From Clostridiales bacterium (GTDB lineage: Bacteria; Bacillota; Clostridia; Oscillospirales; Oscillospiraceae): a DNA stretch of 64,000 bases. The notes below the pieces were generated by a model. It was not told where the DNA came from. It made no database searches and was given only the letters and a program-made list of their open reading frames with translations. A program made the translations under genes and the position numbers. Of this stretch, positions 52,130 to 61,696 are shown piece by piece. Where the stretch lies: contig JAAYAR010000066.1 in assembly GCA_012719235.1 (NCBI GenBank), positions 1,400-65,399 on the forward strand, written 5' to 3'. The stretch's first letter is position 1. The number at the start of each line of letters is the position of its first letter.

Positions 52130-53167
52130 CTAGAAAAGGATCTGCATAGGCAGGCGCTCGATCTTCGACGCGTCGATCCCGAAAACCTCCTCGCTGTACT
52201 TGTCGATCTCTTCGCACATTACGGCATAAGCGCCCGGATAGACCGATCCGGGACCTCCCTGGGTGATACAGGGGATGAAATATTTGCTGCCGCAGCGGTC
52301 GCATGCGCTGCGGACAGCCTTACGGCAATCCTCGCGCGTCCATCCGTCGAAGTCCACTTCCTTGTTGTCGATATCTCCCATAAAACTGATCTTGCCGCCG
52401 TATTTTTTAATCAGTTCAGGGACATTGTTCGATTTCATGCAGCCCTGCCAGATGTCTATGCCCATATCGATCATATAAGGTACCAGCGGTGCCGCGTAGC
52501 TGTCGGCGTGGTGTATCACAAGTTCGACGCCGTGGTCGTGATAATAACCGTAGATCTGCTTATACGGTTCCAGGAAGAATTCCGCAAACATCTCGGGCCT
52601 CAGGAACGTGCTCTTTTCTCCGCCCCAGTCGTCATGATGGAAAATGGCATCCGGGTGGAGATGTGAGCAAATGCCCTCCGCAAGCTCGAGTTCCCAATCG
52701 GTGAGATATTTTATAAGGTCGTGCATCTCCGTGGGGTTGGTTATGTAATATACGAGCGCTTCTTCAATTGAACACAGGTGATGGGTCTGCTCAAAAAGCC
52801 CGGGAGCGATAAAGGTCGCCTTATAGGCCTGGCTGCCGTCGACAGCATCATACTGCTGCTTGAACATGGCCCATTCCTCATCGGAAAACTTCAGAGGCGG
52901 CGCGTGGACGTAATCCCGCCAGTTTTCGATATCCTTTACGACGATCTTGTCCGGGGTATGTACAGGGAAAGCGCCGGGTGTTCCGGCCGGGAAGGAGTTT
53001 GTGACGCCCCATGCGTTTACTACATTCATCTGCCCCACTGAGAGCAGTGCGTTGGAGTGCGCGATGTACGGATGAAACATCAGCATGACGGCCTCATACT
53101 GGTTCACGAACCTCTCCGGTTTGCCGCCCCTGATAGTCTCCTGCATGTTTTGTTTTGCGGTCAGCAT
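52130..53167 (-). CDS. URO-D superfamily protein, MtaA/CmuA-like (copy 2)
   Basis: 345 aa from the ATG at 53167, after GGAGGAGA. It has the URO-D fold pattern (FVNQYEAVMLMF..., IFHHDDWGGEKSTFLRPEMF, ISFMGDIDN). Confidence 0.75.
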   Translation of the reverse strand: MLTAKQNMQETIRGGKPERFVNQYEAVMLMFHPYIAHSNALLSVGQMNVVNAWGVTNSFPAGTPGAFPVHTPDKIVVKDIENWRDYVHAPPLKFSDEEWAMFKQQYDAVDGSQAYKATFIAPGLFEQTHHLCSIEEALVYYITNPTEMHDLIKYLTDWELELAEGICSHLHPDAIFHHDDWGGEKSTFLRPEMFAEFFLEPYKQIYGYYHDHGVELVIHHADSYAAPLVPYMIDMGIDIWQGCMKSNNVPELIKKYGGKISFMGDIDNKEVDFDGWTREDCRKAVRSACDRCGSKYFIPCITQGGPGSVYPGAYAVMCEEIDKYSEEVFGIDASKIERLPMQILF

Positions 53168-53408
53168 TTCTTTCTCCTCCTTTTGTGTATTATCCTGGTT
53201 ACCATTATATGGCCGGGAGAGAGCTTTTGCAATGCTAATATGACTTTCCGTGCAGTCCGGGCACAAATACACATGCGTCAAATGCCCGGAAAATCGCCGG
53301 ATTCTGTGCAGGCTGAAAAATCACCGCTAATTCGTGTGCAGCGCATGAGTGTCCAATGCGCACAAATTATGAAGTTGAAATTTAGGCATAAAGCGAATGC
53401 TGAAAGAC

Positions 53409-53437
53409 TTGTAATAATAATGACATATTATTATACT
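53409..53437 (+). promoter_or_regulatory. Promoter of SBP copy 2
   Basis: TTGTAA, 17 nt, TATACT. The same architecture precedes copies 3 and 4. Confidence 0.5.
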
Positions 53438-53509
53438 AATAACGTAATAAATTCTACATTATTACAAAGGTTCATTATTGATGTCGCGGCCGCGACGACC
53501 ACCTAAGCG

Positions 53510-53533
53510 TTTACAACGGATCTCTGTTGTAAA
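53510..53533 (+). promoter_or_regulatory. Leader palindrome upstream of SBP copy 2
   Basis: TTTACAAC-ggatctct-GTTGTAAA, ending 8 nt before AGGAGGA. Confidence 0.5.
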
Positions 53534-53553
53534 AAAAATCAGGAGGAAGAACA

Positions 53554-55260
53554 ATGAAGAAAGTCCGCAGTATACTATGTATTCTTATTGCCGTAGCAAT
53601 GGTGCTTGTTTTCGGCGCCTGCGCAAAGGACAGCGGCAAAGAGGGTACGCCAGATGCCACAGCCAAACCCACGGAACAGACCCCGGCCGATACCGATACG
53701 CCGGACTCGACGGAAGAACCCGGTGATCCGGGTGAGCCGACCGAGAAGGTCGAGAGCAAAGACACCTACATCATCAACACCGTAGAAGACTACTACAACA
53801 GGCCCAAACAGATCCAGAAGGGTACGGAAGTGACCCTGATCTGCACGGACGTTCCGTCGCAGCTCCCCTGGAACGCTGTACCCGAGGGATGGCTCACTAC
53901 GAATATTTACGAAGGTCTCCTCTATCTGCACCTCGGCAGCGTCGATGACATCCGCGGCCTGATAGCCGAGAGCTGGGAACACAGCGACGACTACCTGACC
54001 TGGACGTTCCATATCCGCGACGGCGTTAAGTTCTGGGACGGCACAGTCTGTGACGCGGCCGCAGTCGTAAAGTCATGGGACTTCTACAATGAAGCTTCAC
54101 CCGCTTCATTCACGAATATCAAGATGGAGTCCTGGGAAGCTACGGGCGATATGGAGGTCACCGTTAAGCTGAGCGCGCCCTGCTCATACTTTGAGGCCTC
54201 GATCACCCGCTTGTTCATCGTGAGCCCGACAGCTCTTCAGACTTACGGCATCAACGACAACAAAGCGGCTGTCGGCACCGGCCCGTACATTCTTGACTCC
54301 TACACCTCCGGCGTGGGCTTTGTTCTGAAGGCAAACCCGGATTACTACTTCGAAGAAAGAACGCCTCACATCGAGACGATCAATTTCAATATCATCAAAG
54401 ACGAGAACACAAAGATGATGGCGCTGCTCAACGGCGATATCGACGGCTACCAGTTCTCGGCGGTGGAGAGCTTCTACAATCTGAAAGACAACGGCTACGA
54501 CGGCACGATAATCCAGAACTACGGCAACGCCAACCCGTTCTTCTTCAACGCGAAGACCGTGCCCGAGTTCGAGATCTTCGAAGTGCGCCAGGCGTTCGTT
54601 CGCTTCATTGACCTTGAGGCTATAAACATGCTGATGTACGACGATATGGGCCTCATTCAAAAAAGCCTCTGGACCGTGGGTTCCACAGGTGATGTCCCGT
54701 TCGACGGCTTCTATTATGACAAGGAAGAGGGCCTCGAGCTGATGGCGTCCGCCGGCGTAGACCCGGCCAGCATGGCCTTCACGGCCAAGATCATCGACTC
54801 GAGCGGAGACCTGTTCGTGACGATCGCGGGCCAGCTCGAGAAAGTCGGCATCAAAATGGATATCGAACCCCTTGAGCCCGAAGCGAACTTCACATTCCTT
54901 ATGAACGGCGACTGGACGATCACCGCGGGCAACTCAGGCTACGGCGACGCGTCCCCCTACGGCCCGTGGACCTATATCCTCAGGCCCGAGCACCTCATCA
55001 AAGAGGTCTGGTCGGATATCTATAACCCCGAGCTGTACCAGCAGATGCTCGACACTTATGACAAGATGATCACCGCTCTTACCTGGGACGAGATGCTCGT
55101 GAACTGCCGCCAGCTGACGACGTACCTGCAGGAGGACTACGGCGCGATGAACGGCATCCAGGCCCCCTGGTTCGCTGCCTTCGACAAGAGCCTCAAGTGC
55201 CTCGTTTTCTCGACAGAGAACCACTTCCAGCAGCTCTTCTACATGTATAAAGATGTATAA
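53554..55260 (+). CDS. Family-5 solute-binding lipoprotein, copy 2
   Basis: Lipobox VLVFGAC, a Pro/Thr/Asp/Glu linker, YLTWTFHIRDGVKFWDGT, ANPDYYFEE and the YMYKDV tail. Confidence 0.88.
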   Translation: MKKVRSILCILIAVAMVLVFGACAKDSGKEGTPDATAKPTEQTPADTDTPDSTEEPGDPGEPTEKVESKDTYIINTVEDYYNRPKQIQKGTEVTLICTDVPSQLPWNAVPEGWLTTNIYEGLLYLHLGSVDDIRGLIAESWEHSDDYLTWTFHIRDGVKFWDGTVCDAAAVVKSWDFYNEASPASFTNIKMESWEATGDMEVTVKLSAPCSYFEASITRLFIVSPTALQTYGINDNKAAVGTGPYILDSYTSGVGFVLKANPDYYFEERTPHIETINFNIIKDENTKMMALLNGDIDGYQFSAVESFYNLKDNGYDGTIIQNYGNANPFFFNAKTVPEFEIFEVRQAFVRFIDLEAINMLMYDDMGLIQKSLWTVGSTGDVPFDGFYYDKEEGLELMASAGVDPASMAFTAKIIDSSGDLFVTIAGQLEKVGIKMDIEPLEPEANFTFLMNGDWTITAGNSGYGDASPYGPWTYILRPEHLIKEVWSDIYNPELYQQMLDTYDKMITALTWDEMLVNCRQLTTYLQEDYGAMNGIQAPWFAAFDKSLKCLVFSTENHFQQLFYMYKDV

Positions 55261-55298
55261 TAATGTATAAAAGGCGATCCTTTACAGATGCCTGACCG

Positions 55299-55340
55299 AA
55301 CTGCCCGGAGGAAACTTCCGGGCAGTTTCTTTTCTTTTTG
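55299..55340 (+). terminator. Intrinsic terminator after SBP copy 2
   Basis: CTGCCCGGA-loop-TCCGGGCAG followed by TTTCTTTTCTTTTT. Confidence 0.75.
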
Positions 55341-55558
55341 TTATATGAGCGTTCGATCCGGGTCGGGCAGAGATCGGGGACGAGGAGTGAAGCGGCCGGT
55401 CATAATCGCCTTACACGGACAGCCTTTGAAAACCGATCACATATTATGCCAGTAATTTTGTCTGTTATGCACGATACAATGATTTATTTTCACAATAAAC
55501 GGTGTGATATGCACAGAAATCACCACAATAATTCGTCATATTGAGATGACATTATATC

Positions 55559-55587
55559 TTGTGAAAATATTATGAAGAGTATATACT
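55559..55587 (+). promoter_or_regulatory. Promoter of SBP copy 3
   Basis: TTGTGA, 17 nt, TATACT. Confidence 0.5.
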
Positions 55588-55667
55588 TATTTTGTAATTA
55601 TTAGGAACTGTATAAAGCGCTCTGCGGGCGGCTGGAGGCCGCATTATTGATGCTCCTGAAACTGTAC

Positions 55668-55690
55668 TTTACAATGAATATCATTGTAAA
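55668..55690 (+). promoter_or_regulatory. Leader palindrome upstream of SBP copy 3
   Basis: TTTACAATGA-ata-TCATTGTAAA, with perfect 10-bp arms. It ends 12 nt before the AGGAGG Shine-Dalgarno (TAGGAGGTAG). Confidence 0.55.
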
Positions 55691-55715
55691 AATATATGTC
55701 ATAGGAGGTAGTTCA

Positions 55716-57437
55716 ATGAAAAAAGTCCGCTCGTTACTGTGTATCCTACTGGCGCTGTCAATGGTGCTGCTCTTCTGCGCATGCGCCAAGGACGGCGGCA
55801 CGGAAGATACACCCGACACCACGGGCAAACCCGCGACCGCCGCTCCTACGGAAAAACCCGAGGAGAAACCGGAGGAGAAGCCGGGAGAAGAGCCCGGAGA
55901 GACCCCGGCGGGACCGGTCGAAGAGGTCGTGAGCAAGGACACATACGTCATCCACACCGTAGAGGACTATTATAACAGGCCCAAACAGATCCAGAAAGGC
56001 ACGGAGGTCACCCTGATCTGTACAGACGTCCCGTCGCACGTGCCCTGGAACGCAGTATCAGAAGGATGGCTCACAACGAATATTTATGAAAGCCTCCTGT
56101 ACCTGCACCTCGGCGACACAAGCGACATCCGCGGCCAGATCGCGGAGAGCTGGAAATACAGCGACGACTACCTGACCTGGACGTTCCAGATCCGCGACGG
56201 CATAAAGTTCACCGACGGCACGGACTGTGACGCGGCCGCAGTCAAAAAAGCCTGGGACTTCTACAATGAAGCGTCGCCCGCTTCGTTCACAAACCTGAAT
56301 ATCGTGTCCTGGGAAGCGACCGGCGATATGGAGCTCACGGTAAAACTGAAGGCTCCCTGTTCATATTTTGAGACGGCCATGACTCGTCTGTTCGTCCTGA
56401 GCCCCACAGCTCTTGAGCTGAACGGCATCAACGACAACAAGTCAGCGATCGGTACCGGCCCGTACATGATCGACGACTACACCTCGGGCGTGGGCTTCGT
56501 TCTTAAGGCAAATCCGGATTACTATTTCGAAGAGAAAATGCCCAACATCGAGACGATCAAATTCAGCATCATCAAAGACGAGAACACAAAGATGATGGCG
56601 CTGCTCAACGGCGACATCGACGGCTACCAGTTCTCGTCGGTGGAGAGCTACTACAACCTGAAAGACAACGGCTATGACGGCACGATCATCCAGAACTACG
56701 GCAACGCCAACCCGTTCTTCTTCAACGCGAAGACCGTGCCCGAGTTCGAGATCTTCGAAGTACGCCAGGCGTTCGTTCGCTTCATTGACCTTGAGGCTAT
56801 AAACAGACTGATGTACGACGACATGGGCCTCATTCAAAATAGCCTCTGGACCGTGGGTTCCTCGGGCGACGTTCCGTTTGACGGCTTCTATTACGACCCG
56901 GATGAGGGCCTTGAGCTGATGGCGTCAGTCGGCGTCGACCCGAAGAGCATGTCCTTCGCGGCCAAGATCATCGACTCGAGCGGAGACCTGTTCGTGACGA
57001 TCGCCGGGCAGCTTGCAAAAGTCGGTGTCACAATGGAAGTTGAGCCGCTCGAGCCCGAGGCGAACTTCACGTTCCTGATGAACGGCGACTGGACGATCAC
57101 GGCGGGCAACTCCGGTTACGCCGATTCAAGCCCGTACGGCCCGTGGACATTTATCCTCAGACCTGAGCACCTCATCAAAGAGGTCTGGTCGGATATCTAT
57201 GACCCCGAGCTGTACCAGAAGATGCTCGACACATATGACAAGATGGTCAGCGCTCTGACATGGGACGAGATGCTCGTAAACTGCCGCCAGCTGACGACCT
57301 ACCTGCAGGAGGACTACGGCGCGATGAACGGCATTCAGGCCCCCTGGTTCGCTGCCTTTGACAAGAGCCTCAAGTGCCTCGTATTCGCTTCGGAGAACCA
57401 CTTCCAGCAGCTCTTCTACATGTACAAAGAAGTCTAA
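55716..57437 (+). CDS. Family-5 solute-binding lipoprotein, copy 3
   Basis: The ATG at 55716 follows AGGAGG. Lipobox VLLFCAC and a (EKPE)n-like linker. It is the closest paralog of copy 2. The upstream extension to 55647 is rejected. Confidence 0.88.
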   Translation: MKKVRSLLCILLALSMVLLFCACAKDGGTEDTPDTTGKPATAAPTEKPEEKPEEKPGEEPGETPAGPVEEVVSKDTYVIHTVEDYYNRPKQIQKGTEVTLICTDVPSHVPWNAVSEGWLTTNIYESLLYLHLGDTSDIRGQIAESWKYSDDYLTWTFQIRDGIKFTDGTDCDAAAVKKAWDFYNEASPASFTNLNIVSWEATGDMELTVKLKAPCSYFETAMTRLFVLSPTALELNGINDNKSAIGTGPYMIDDYTSGVGFVLKANPDYYFEEKMPNIETIKFSIIKDENTKMMALLNGDIDGYQFSSVESYYNLKDNGYDGTIIQNYGNANPFFFNAKTVPEFEIFEVRQAFVRFIDLEAINRLMYDDMGLIQNSLWTVGSSGDVPFDGFYYDPDEGLELMASVGVDPKSMSFAAKIIDSSGDLFVTIAGQLAKVGVTMEVEPLEPEANFTFLMNGDWTITAGNSGYADSSPYGPWTFILRPEHLIKEVWSDIYDPELYQKMLDTYDKMVSALTWDEMLVNCRQLTTYLQEDYGAMNGIQAPWFAAFDKSLKCLVFASENHFQQLFYMYKEV

Positions 57438-57467
57438 AGTGTGATCCATAACAGCTGCCTGACAGAG

Positions 57468-57497
57468 CTGCCCGGAGGAAACTCCGGGCAGTTTTTA
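57468..57497 (+). terminator. Intrinsic terminator after SBP copy 3
   Basis: CTGCCCGGAG-gaaa-CTCCGGGCAG-TTTTT. Confidence 0.8.
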
Positions 57498-57672
57498 TGT
57501 GCAGATCCTGAGCCGGGTGAGGGAGGAGGTGCGGCCGGTCGTCGACGGGCTTATCTCGTTTTGCGGTACATATGAAATAATGCACTAATATTGCGCGGAT
57601 GATTATGGTTAATTAGTATAAAATGCACAATAGTGGCTTTTATATTTTGTCATGTTGCGGGACTATAAACAC

Positions 57673-57701
57673 TTGTGAAAATAAAATGACGGAGATATAC
57701 T
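57673..57701 (+). promoter_or_regulatory. Promoter of SBP copy 4
   Basis: TTGTGA, 17 nt, TATACT. Confidence 0.5.
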
Positions 57702-57794
57702 CGAACAGTAATTATTTCTTTTAGTTTTATCAGCGATAGCACTTGGGTCAGACCGGCAGAAGGGGTTTAGATATTACTCTCCCGGCAACTGTGC

Positions 57795-57818
57795 TTTACA
57801 ATGAACCCTCATTGTAAA
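57795..57818 (+). promoter_or_regulatory. Leader palindrome upstream of SBP copy 4
   Basis: TTTACAATGA-accc-TCATTGTAAA, with perfect 10-bp arms. Confidence 0.55.
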
Positions 57819-57843
57819 AATATAAGTCATTGGAGGAAGATCA

Positions 57844-59562
57844 ATGAAAAAAGCCCGCTCGATATTGTGTATCCTTCTAGCAATGGCAATGACCCTTCTT
57901 TTCTGCGCTTGCGCCAAAGACTCTGACGGAGAGACCCCCGATACCACGAGCAAACCAACACAGAGCGCTCCTCCGACGGCAAAACCGGAAGAGAAGCCCA
58001 CGGAGACACCAGAGAGCAAACCCGGGGAGACACCGGCGGGACCGGCCGAAAAGGTCGAGAGCAAGGACACGTTTGTGATCAGCACTGTCGAAGACTATTA
58101 CAACAGGCCGGCCGGGATACAGAAGGGCACTGAAGTGACCATGATCTGCAGCGACGTCCCCTCTCACGTGCCGTGGGGCGCGGTATCGGAGGGCTGGCTG
58201 ACTATGAATATCTACGAGCAGCTTATCTATACCCATATGGGCAATGTCAACGACATCCGTGGCCAGATAGCGGAGAGCTGGGAACACAGCGCCGACTACC
58301 TGACCTGGACGTTCCGGATCCGCGAAGGAATCAGATTCTGGGACGGGACCGTCTGTGACGCCGCCGCGATAGCCAAATGCTGGGATTATTATTACGAAGC
58401 CTCCCCCGCCTCGTTCAATAACTCAAATCTTATATCCTGGGAAGCGACAGGCGAAATGGAGCTCACATTAAAACTGAGCGCTCCGTGCCCTTATTTTGAA
58501 ATTGCTCTGACCAGACTTTCCATACTGAGCCCGACCGCTCTTGAGACCTACGGCATCAACGACAACAGAGCCGCGATCGGCACGGGACCGTACATGATCC
58601 ATTCCTACACCTCGGGAGTGGGCTTTGTTCTGAAGGCCAACCCCGACTATTACTTTGAAGAAAAGATGCCGCACATCGAGACGTTCAATTTCAACATCAT
58701 CAAAGATGACAACACAAGACTGCTGGCGCTGCTGAACGGCGATATAGACGGCTACCAGTTCTCCGCGGTCGAGACATTCTACAATCTGCAGGAGAGCGGC
58801 TATGACGGCACGCTGATCCGGAACTACGGCAACGCCAACCCGTTCTTCTTCAACGCGAAGACTGTCCCGGAGTTTGAGATCTTTGAAGTCCGCAAAGCGA
58901 TGAACCGTTTCATAGACCTCGACGCAATCAACCAGCTGATGTATGACGACATGGGTCTCAAACAGAAAAGCTTGTGGACCGTCGGCTCTTCGGGGGACGT
59001 TCCTTTCGACGGATTCTATTTCGACAGGGACGAGGGGCTTGAACTGATGGCGTCGGTCGGTGTCGACCCGAAGAGTATGTCCTTTTCAGCCAATATCATT
59101 GACTCCAGCGGTGATCTCTTTGTAACGGTGGCGGGACAGCTTGAGAAGGTCGGCATCAAAATGGAAGTCGTGCCCCTGGAACCTCAGGCAAACTTCACGT
59201 TCCTGAAAAACGGGGATTGGACTATCACCGCCGGCAATTCGGGCTATGCCGATTCTTCCCCCTACGGCCCGTGGACGTATATCCTCAGGCCCGAGCACCT
59301 CATCAAGGAGGTCTGGTCGGATTTATATAACCCCGAGCTGTACCAGCAGATGCTCGATACATATGACAAGATGATCACCGCTCTTACCTGGGACGAGATG
59401 CTCGTAAACTGCCGCCGGCTGACAACGTACCTGCAGGAGGACTTCGGCGCGATGAACGGAATACAGCCGCCCTGGTTCGCGGCTTTCGACAAGAGCCTCA
59501 AGTGCCTCGTATTCGCCTCCGAGAACCATTTCCATCTGCTGTATTACATGTACAAGGCATAG
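57844..59562 (+). CDS. Family-5 solute-binding lipoprotein, copy 4
   Basis: Lipobox TLLFCAC, a Pro/Thr/Glu/Lys linker, YLTWTFRIREGIRFWDGT and the YMYKA tail. Confidence 0.88.
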   Translation: MKKARSILCILLAMAMTLLFCACAKDSDGETPDTTSKPTQSAPPTAKPEEKPTETPESKPGETPAGPAEKVESKDTFVISTVEDYYNRPAGIQKGTEVTMICSDVPSHVPWGAVSEGWLTMNIYEQLIYTHMGNVNDIRGQIAESWEHSADYLTWTFRIREGIRFWDGTVCDAAAIAKCWDYYYEASPASFNNSNLISWEATGEMELTLKLSAPCPYFEIALTRLSILSPTALETYGINDNRAAIGTGPYMIHSYTSGVGFVLKANPDYYFEEKMPHIETFNFNIIKDDNTRLLALLNGDIDGYQFSAVETFYNLQESGYDGTLIRNYGNANPFFFNAKTVPEFEIFEVRKAMNRFIDLDAINQLMYDDMGLKQKSLWTVGSSGDVPFDGFYFDRDEGLELMASVGVDPKSMSFSANIIDSSGDLFVTVAGQLEKVGIKMEVVPLEPQANFTFLKNGDWTITAGNSGYADSSPYGPWTYILRPEHLIKEVWSDLYNPELYQQMLDTYDKMITALTWDEMLVNCRRLTTYLQEDFGAMNGIQPPWFAAFDKSLKCLVFASENHFHLLYYMYKA

Positions 59563-59585
59563 CTATAACGCCGATCCATCGAAAA

Positions 59586-59614
59586 CTGCCCGGGGGAAAC
59601 CCCGGGCAGTTTTT
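59586..59614 (+). terminator. Intrinsic terminator after SBP copy 4
   Basis: CTGCCCGGGG-gaaa-CCCCGGGCAG-TTTTT. Confidence 0.8.
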
Positions 59615-59795
59615 GCGCGGAAAGAAACGCCTGAGATATAGTGACAGGGCCGTACTCATGAAAAATAAAGTACCGGCCCTTCAATATTGCCGTTATATGT
59701 AAGCGGGTCTGCGGAACCGGCAGCATCTGTACCAAAGACTTTGATATAAACAAACCGGTTGTCGAAAAGACATGAATTATGTTAACCGATAACGC

Positions 59796-59824
59796 TTGTA
59801 AATTATACCAGAACAGCTTATATT
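59796..59824 (+). promoter_or_regulatory. Promoter of SBP copy 5 (short leader, no palindrome)
   Basis: TTGTAA, 17 nt, TATATT, about 45 nt upstream of the ATG. Confidence 0.45.
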
Positions 59825-59868
59825 AAAAAGGGAATAAATAACAATTAATAGTTGAAGGAGGAGAACAG

Positions 59869-61542
59869 ATGAAGACAGCGCGCTCCATATTGTGCATTCT
59901 TCTTGTCGCGGCCACGGTGCTTGTTTTTTGTGCGTGCAGCAGAAACGGCGAGGAGGATGAGGCCCCCGGCACCACCGGCAATCCGGCGGAGCAGACCGCG
60001 GCGGCAAAGCCCGAAGCTGAACCGGCAGAGAAGGTCGAAAGCAGAGCAGACTATGTTATCAGCAATGTGGACGAATACCTGAACAGGCCGCGAGAGCTGC
60101 AGCCCGGCAGCAAAGTAACTCTGATCTGCTCGGACGTGCCTTCGCAGCTCCCGTGGAACTGTACGCCCGAGGGTTGGCTGACATACAACTGTTATGAAGG
60201 CCTGTTGTACATCCATAACGGAGTGGTGACAGACATCCGCGGTTGTGTCGCGGAGAGCTGGGAACACAGCGAGGATTACCTCACCTGGACTTTCCGGATC
60301 CGCGATGGTGTCAAATTCGCCGACGGCACCGTATGCGACGCGCCCGCCATAGCGAAATCATACGACTATTACAATGAAGTGAGCCCCGCAACCTTCAGCG
60401 GTCTGAACATGAAATCATGGGAAGCGACAAGTGAGAAGGAGCTTATTGTGCATATGTCCGGGCCCTGCGCATATCTGGAATCCGCGCTGCCGAGGCTGTA
60501 CATAGTCAGTCCGACCGCGATGGAGACGTACGGAGTCAATGACAATAAAGCCGCCGTCGGAACTGCGCCATACTACATAGAATCTTATACATCGGGGGTT
60601 GGGTTTACATTCAAAGCAAACCCGTATTACAATTTTGAAGAGAAGATGCCCTGCATCGAAACTGTCAGACTCAACATCATCAATGACGAGAACACGAGGC
60701 TCATGGCGCTGCTCAACGGCGATATTGACGGTTTCCAGTTCTCGTCAGTTGAAACATACTATAACCTCAAAGACAACGGCTTCGACGGTACTTTTATACA
60801 GTCATACGGAAACGCGGACCCGTTCTGGCTGAACGCCAGGAAAGTCCCGGAGTTCCGGATCTTTGAGGTGCGAAAAGCAATAAACCGTTTCCTGGACATG
60901 AACGCCGTCAACACGCTTATGTTCGATGATTTGGGTCTGGTACAGGACAGCCTCTGGTGCGTGGGCTCTTCGGGCTCAGTGCCGTCTGACCAGTTCTATT
61001 ACGATGAGGCCGAAGGTCTGGAGCTTATGGCCGCCGCGGGTGTAGACCCGAACAGCATGTCCTTCGCAGCTAAAATAATAGATTCCGGCGCAGACCTGTT
61101 TGTAACGATCGCAGGACAGCTTGGCAAAGTAGGCATTACGATGGAGATCGAACCTCTGGAACCTGAGGCGAACTTCACGTTCCTGATGAACGGCGAGTGG
61201 TCTATCACTTGCGGGAACTCCGGCTACGGCGACACATACCCGTATCTGCCCTGGACATTCATCCTCAAACCCGAGCACCTCATCAAGGAGTGCTGGCAGG
61301 ATATATATGATCCCGGGCTCTATCAAAAGATGCTCGATGAGTTCGATGCGATGGTAAATTCTCTTACCTGGGACGATATGCTCAAACACTGCACCCAGCT
61401 TACTAAGTATTGTCAAGACGATTTCGGCGCGTTCCCGGGTATCCAGAGGCCCTGGTTTGCAGCGTACAACAAGGACCTGAAGAGCCTGGTATTCTCTACG
61501 GAGAACCACTACCTGCTTCTGTACTACATGTACAAAGCATAG
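59869..61542 (+). CDS. Family-5 solute-binding lipoprotein, copy 5
   Basis: Lipobox VLVFCAC, a shorter linker, YLTWTFRIRDGVKFADGT and the YMYKA tail. It is the most diverged of the tandem set. Confidence 0.88.
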   Translation: MKTARSILCILLVAATVLVFCACSRNGEEDEAPGTTGNPAEQTAAAKPEAEPAEKVESRADYVISNVDEYLNRPRELQPGSKVTLICSDVPSQLPWNCTPEGWLTYNCYEGLLYIHNGVVTDIRGCVAESWEHSEDYLTWTFRIRDGVKFADGTVCDAPAIAKSYDYYNEVSPATFSGLNMKSWEATSEKELIVHMSGPCAYLESALPRLYIVSPTAMETYGVNDNKAAVGTAPYYIESYTSGVGFTFKANPYYNFEEKMPCIETVRLNIINDENTRLMALLNGDIDGFQFSSVETYYNLKDNGFDGTFIQSYGNADPFWLNARKVPEFRIFEVRKAINRFLDMNAVNTLMFDDLGLVQDSLWCVGSSGSVPSDQFYYDEAEGLELMAAAGVDPNSMSFAAKIIDSGADLFVTIAGQLGKVGITMEIEPLEPEANFTFLMNGEWSITCGNSGYGDTYPYLPWTFILKPEHLIKECWQDIYDPGLYQKMLDEFDAMVNSLTWDDMLKHCTQLTKYCQDDFGAFPGIQRPWFAAYNKDLKSLVFSTENHYLLLYYMYKA

Positions 61543-61568
61543 CAAGAGATCGGAGTATATAAAGCATT

Positions 61569-61603
61569 CGGAGCCGTCCGGGCATCAATACCGGGCGGCT
61601 CCG
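61569..61603 (+). terminator. Hairpin after SBP copy 5 (no U-tract)
   Basis: CGGAGCCGTCCGG-loop-CCGGGCGGCTCCG. Confidence 0.4.
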
Positions 61604-61646
61604 ATCATTACAGGCTGCTCTTCTTTACAGGCTTCATCGCCGAGGA

Positions 61647-61696
61647 GGGGCTGCATCGGGTCCGGTCCGGACCGAATGCAGCCCCCGTATCTTTTT
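61647..61696 (+). terminator. Second hairpin, with a U-tract
   Basis: GGGGCTGCAT...ATGCAGCCCC, then cgtatcTTTTT. Confidence 0.5.

Noticed and set aside
55243-55270. Three copies of ATGTATAA at an exact 10-bp period at the end of SBP copy 2, and a similar ATCGTATAAAAA doublet after copy 1 (36107-36130).
   Set aside because: The first two copies simply encode the conserved YMYK..V tail plus the stop codon. The third is a short slippage duplicate in the 3' UTR. It is too short to call a functional repeat.
55338-55544. A 68-aa ORF in the spacer between SBP copies 2 and 3. Comparable small frames occur in the other SBP spacers (59502-59702, 59544-59753).
   Set aside because: The DNA is AT-rich and lacks an RBS. 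The frames are not conserved between the otherwise similar spacers and overlap the ATGCAC boxes and promoter elements.
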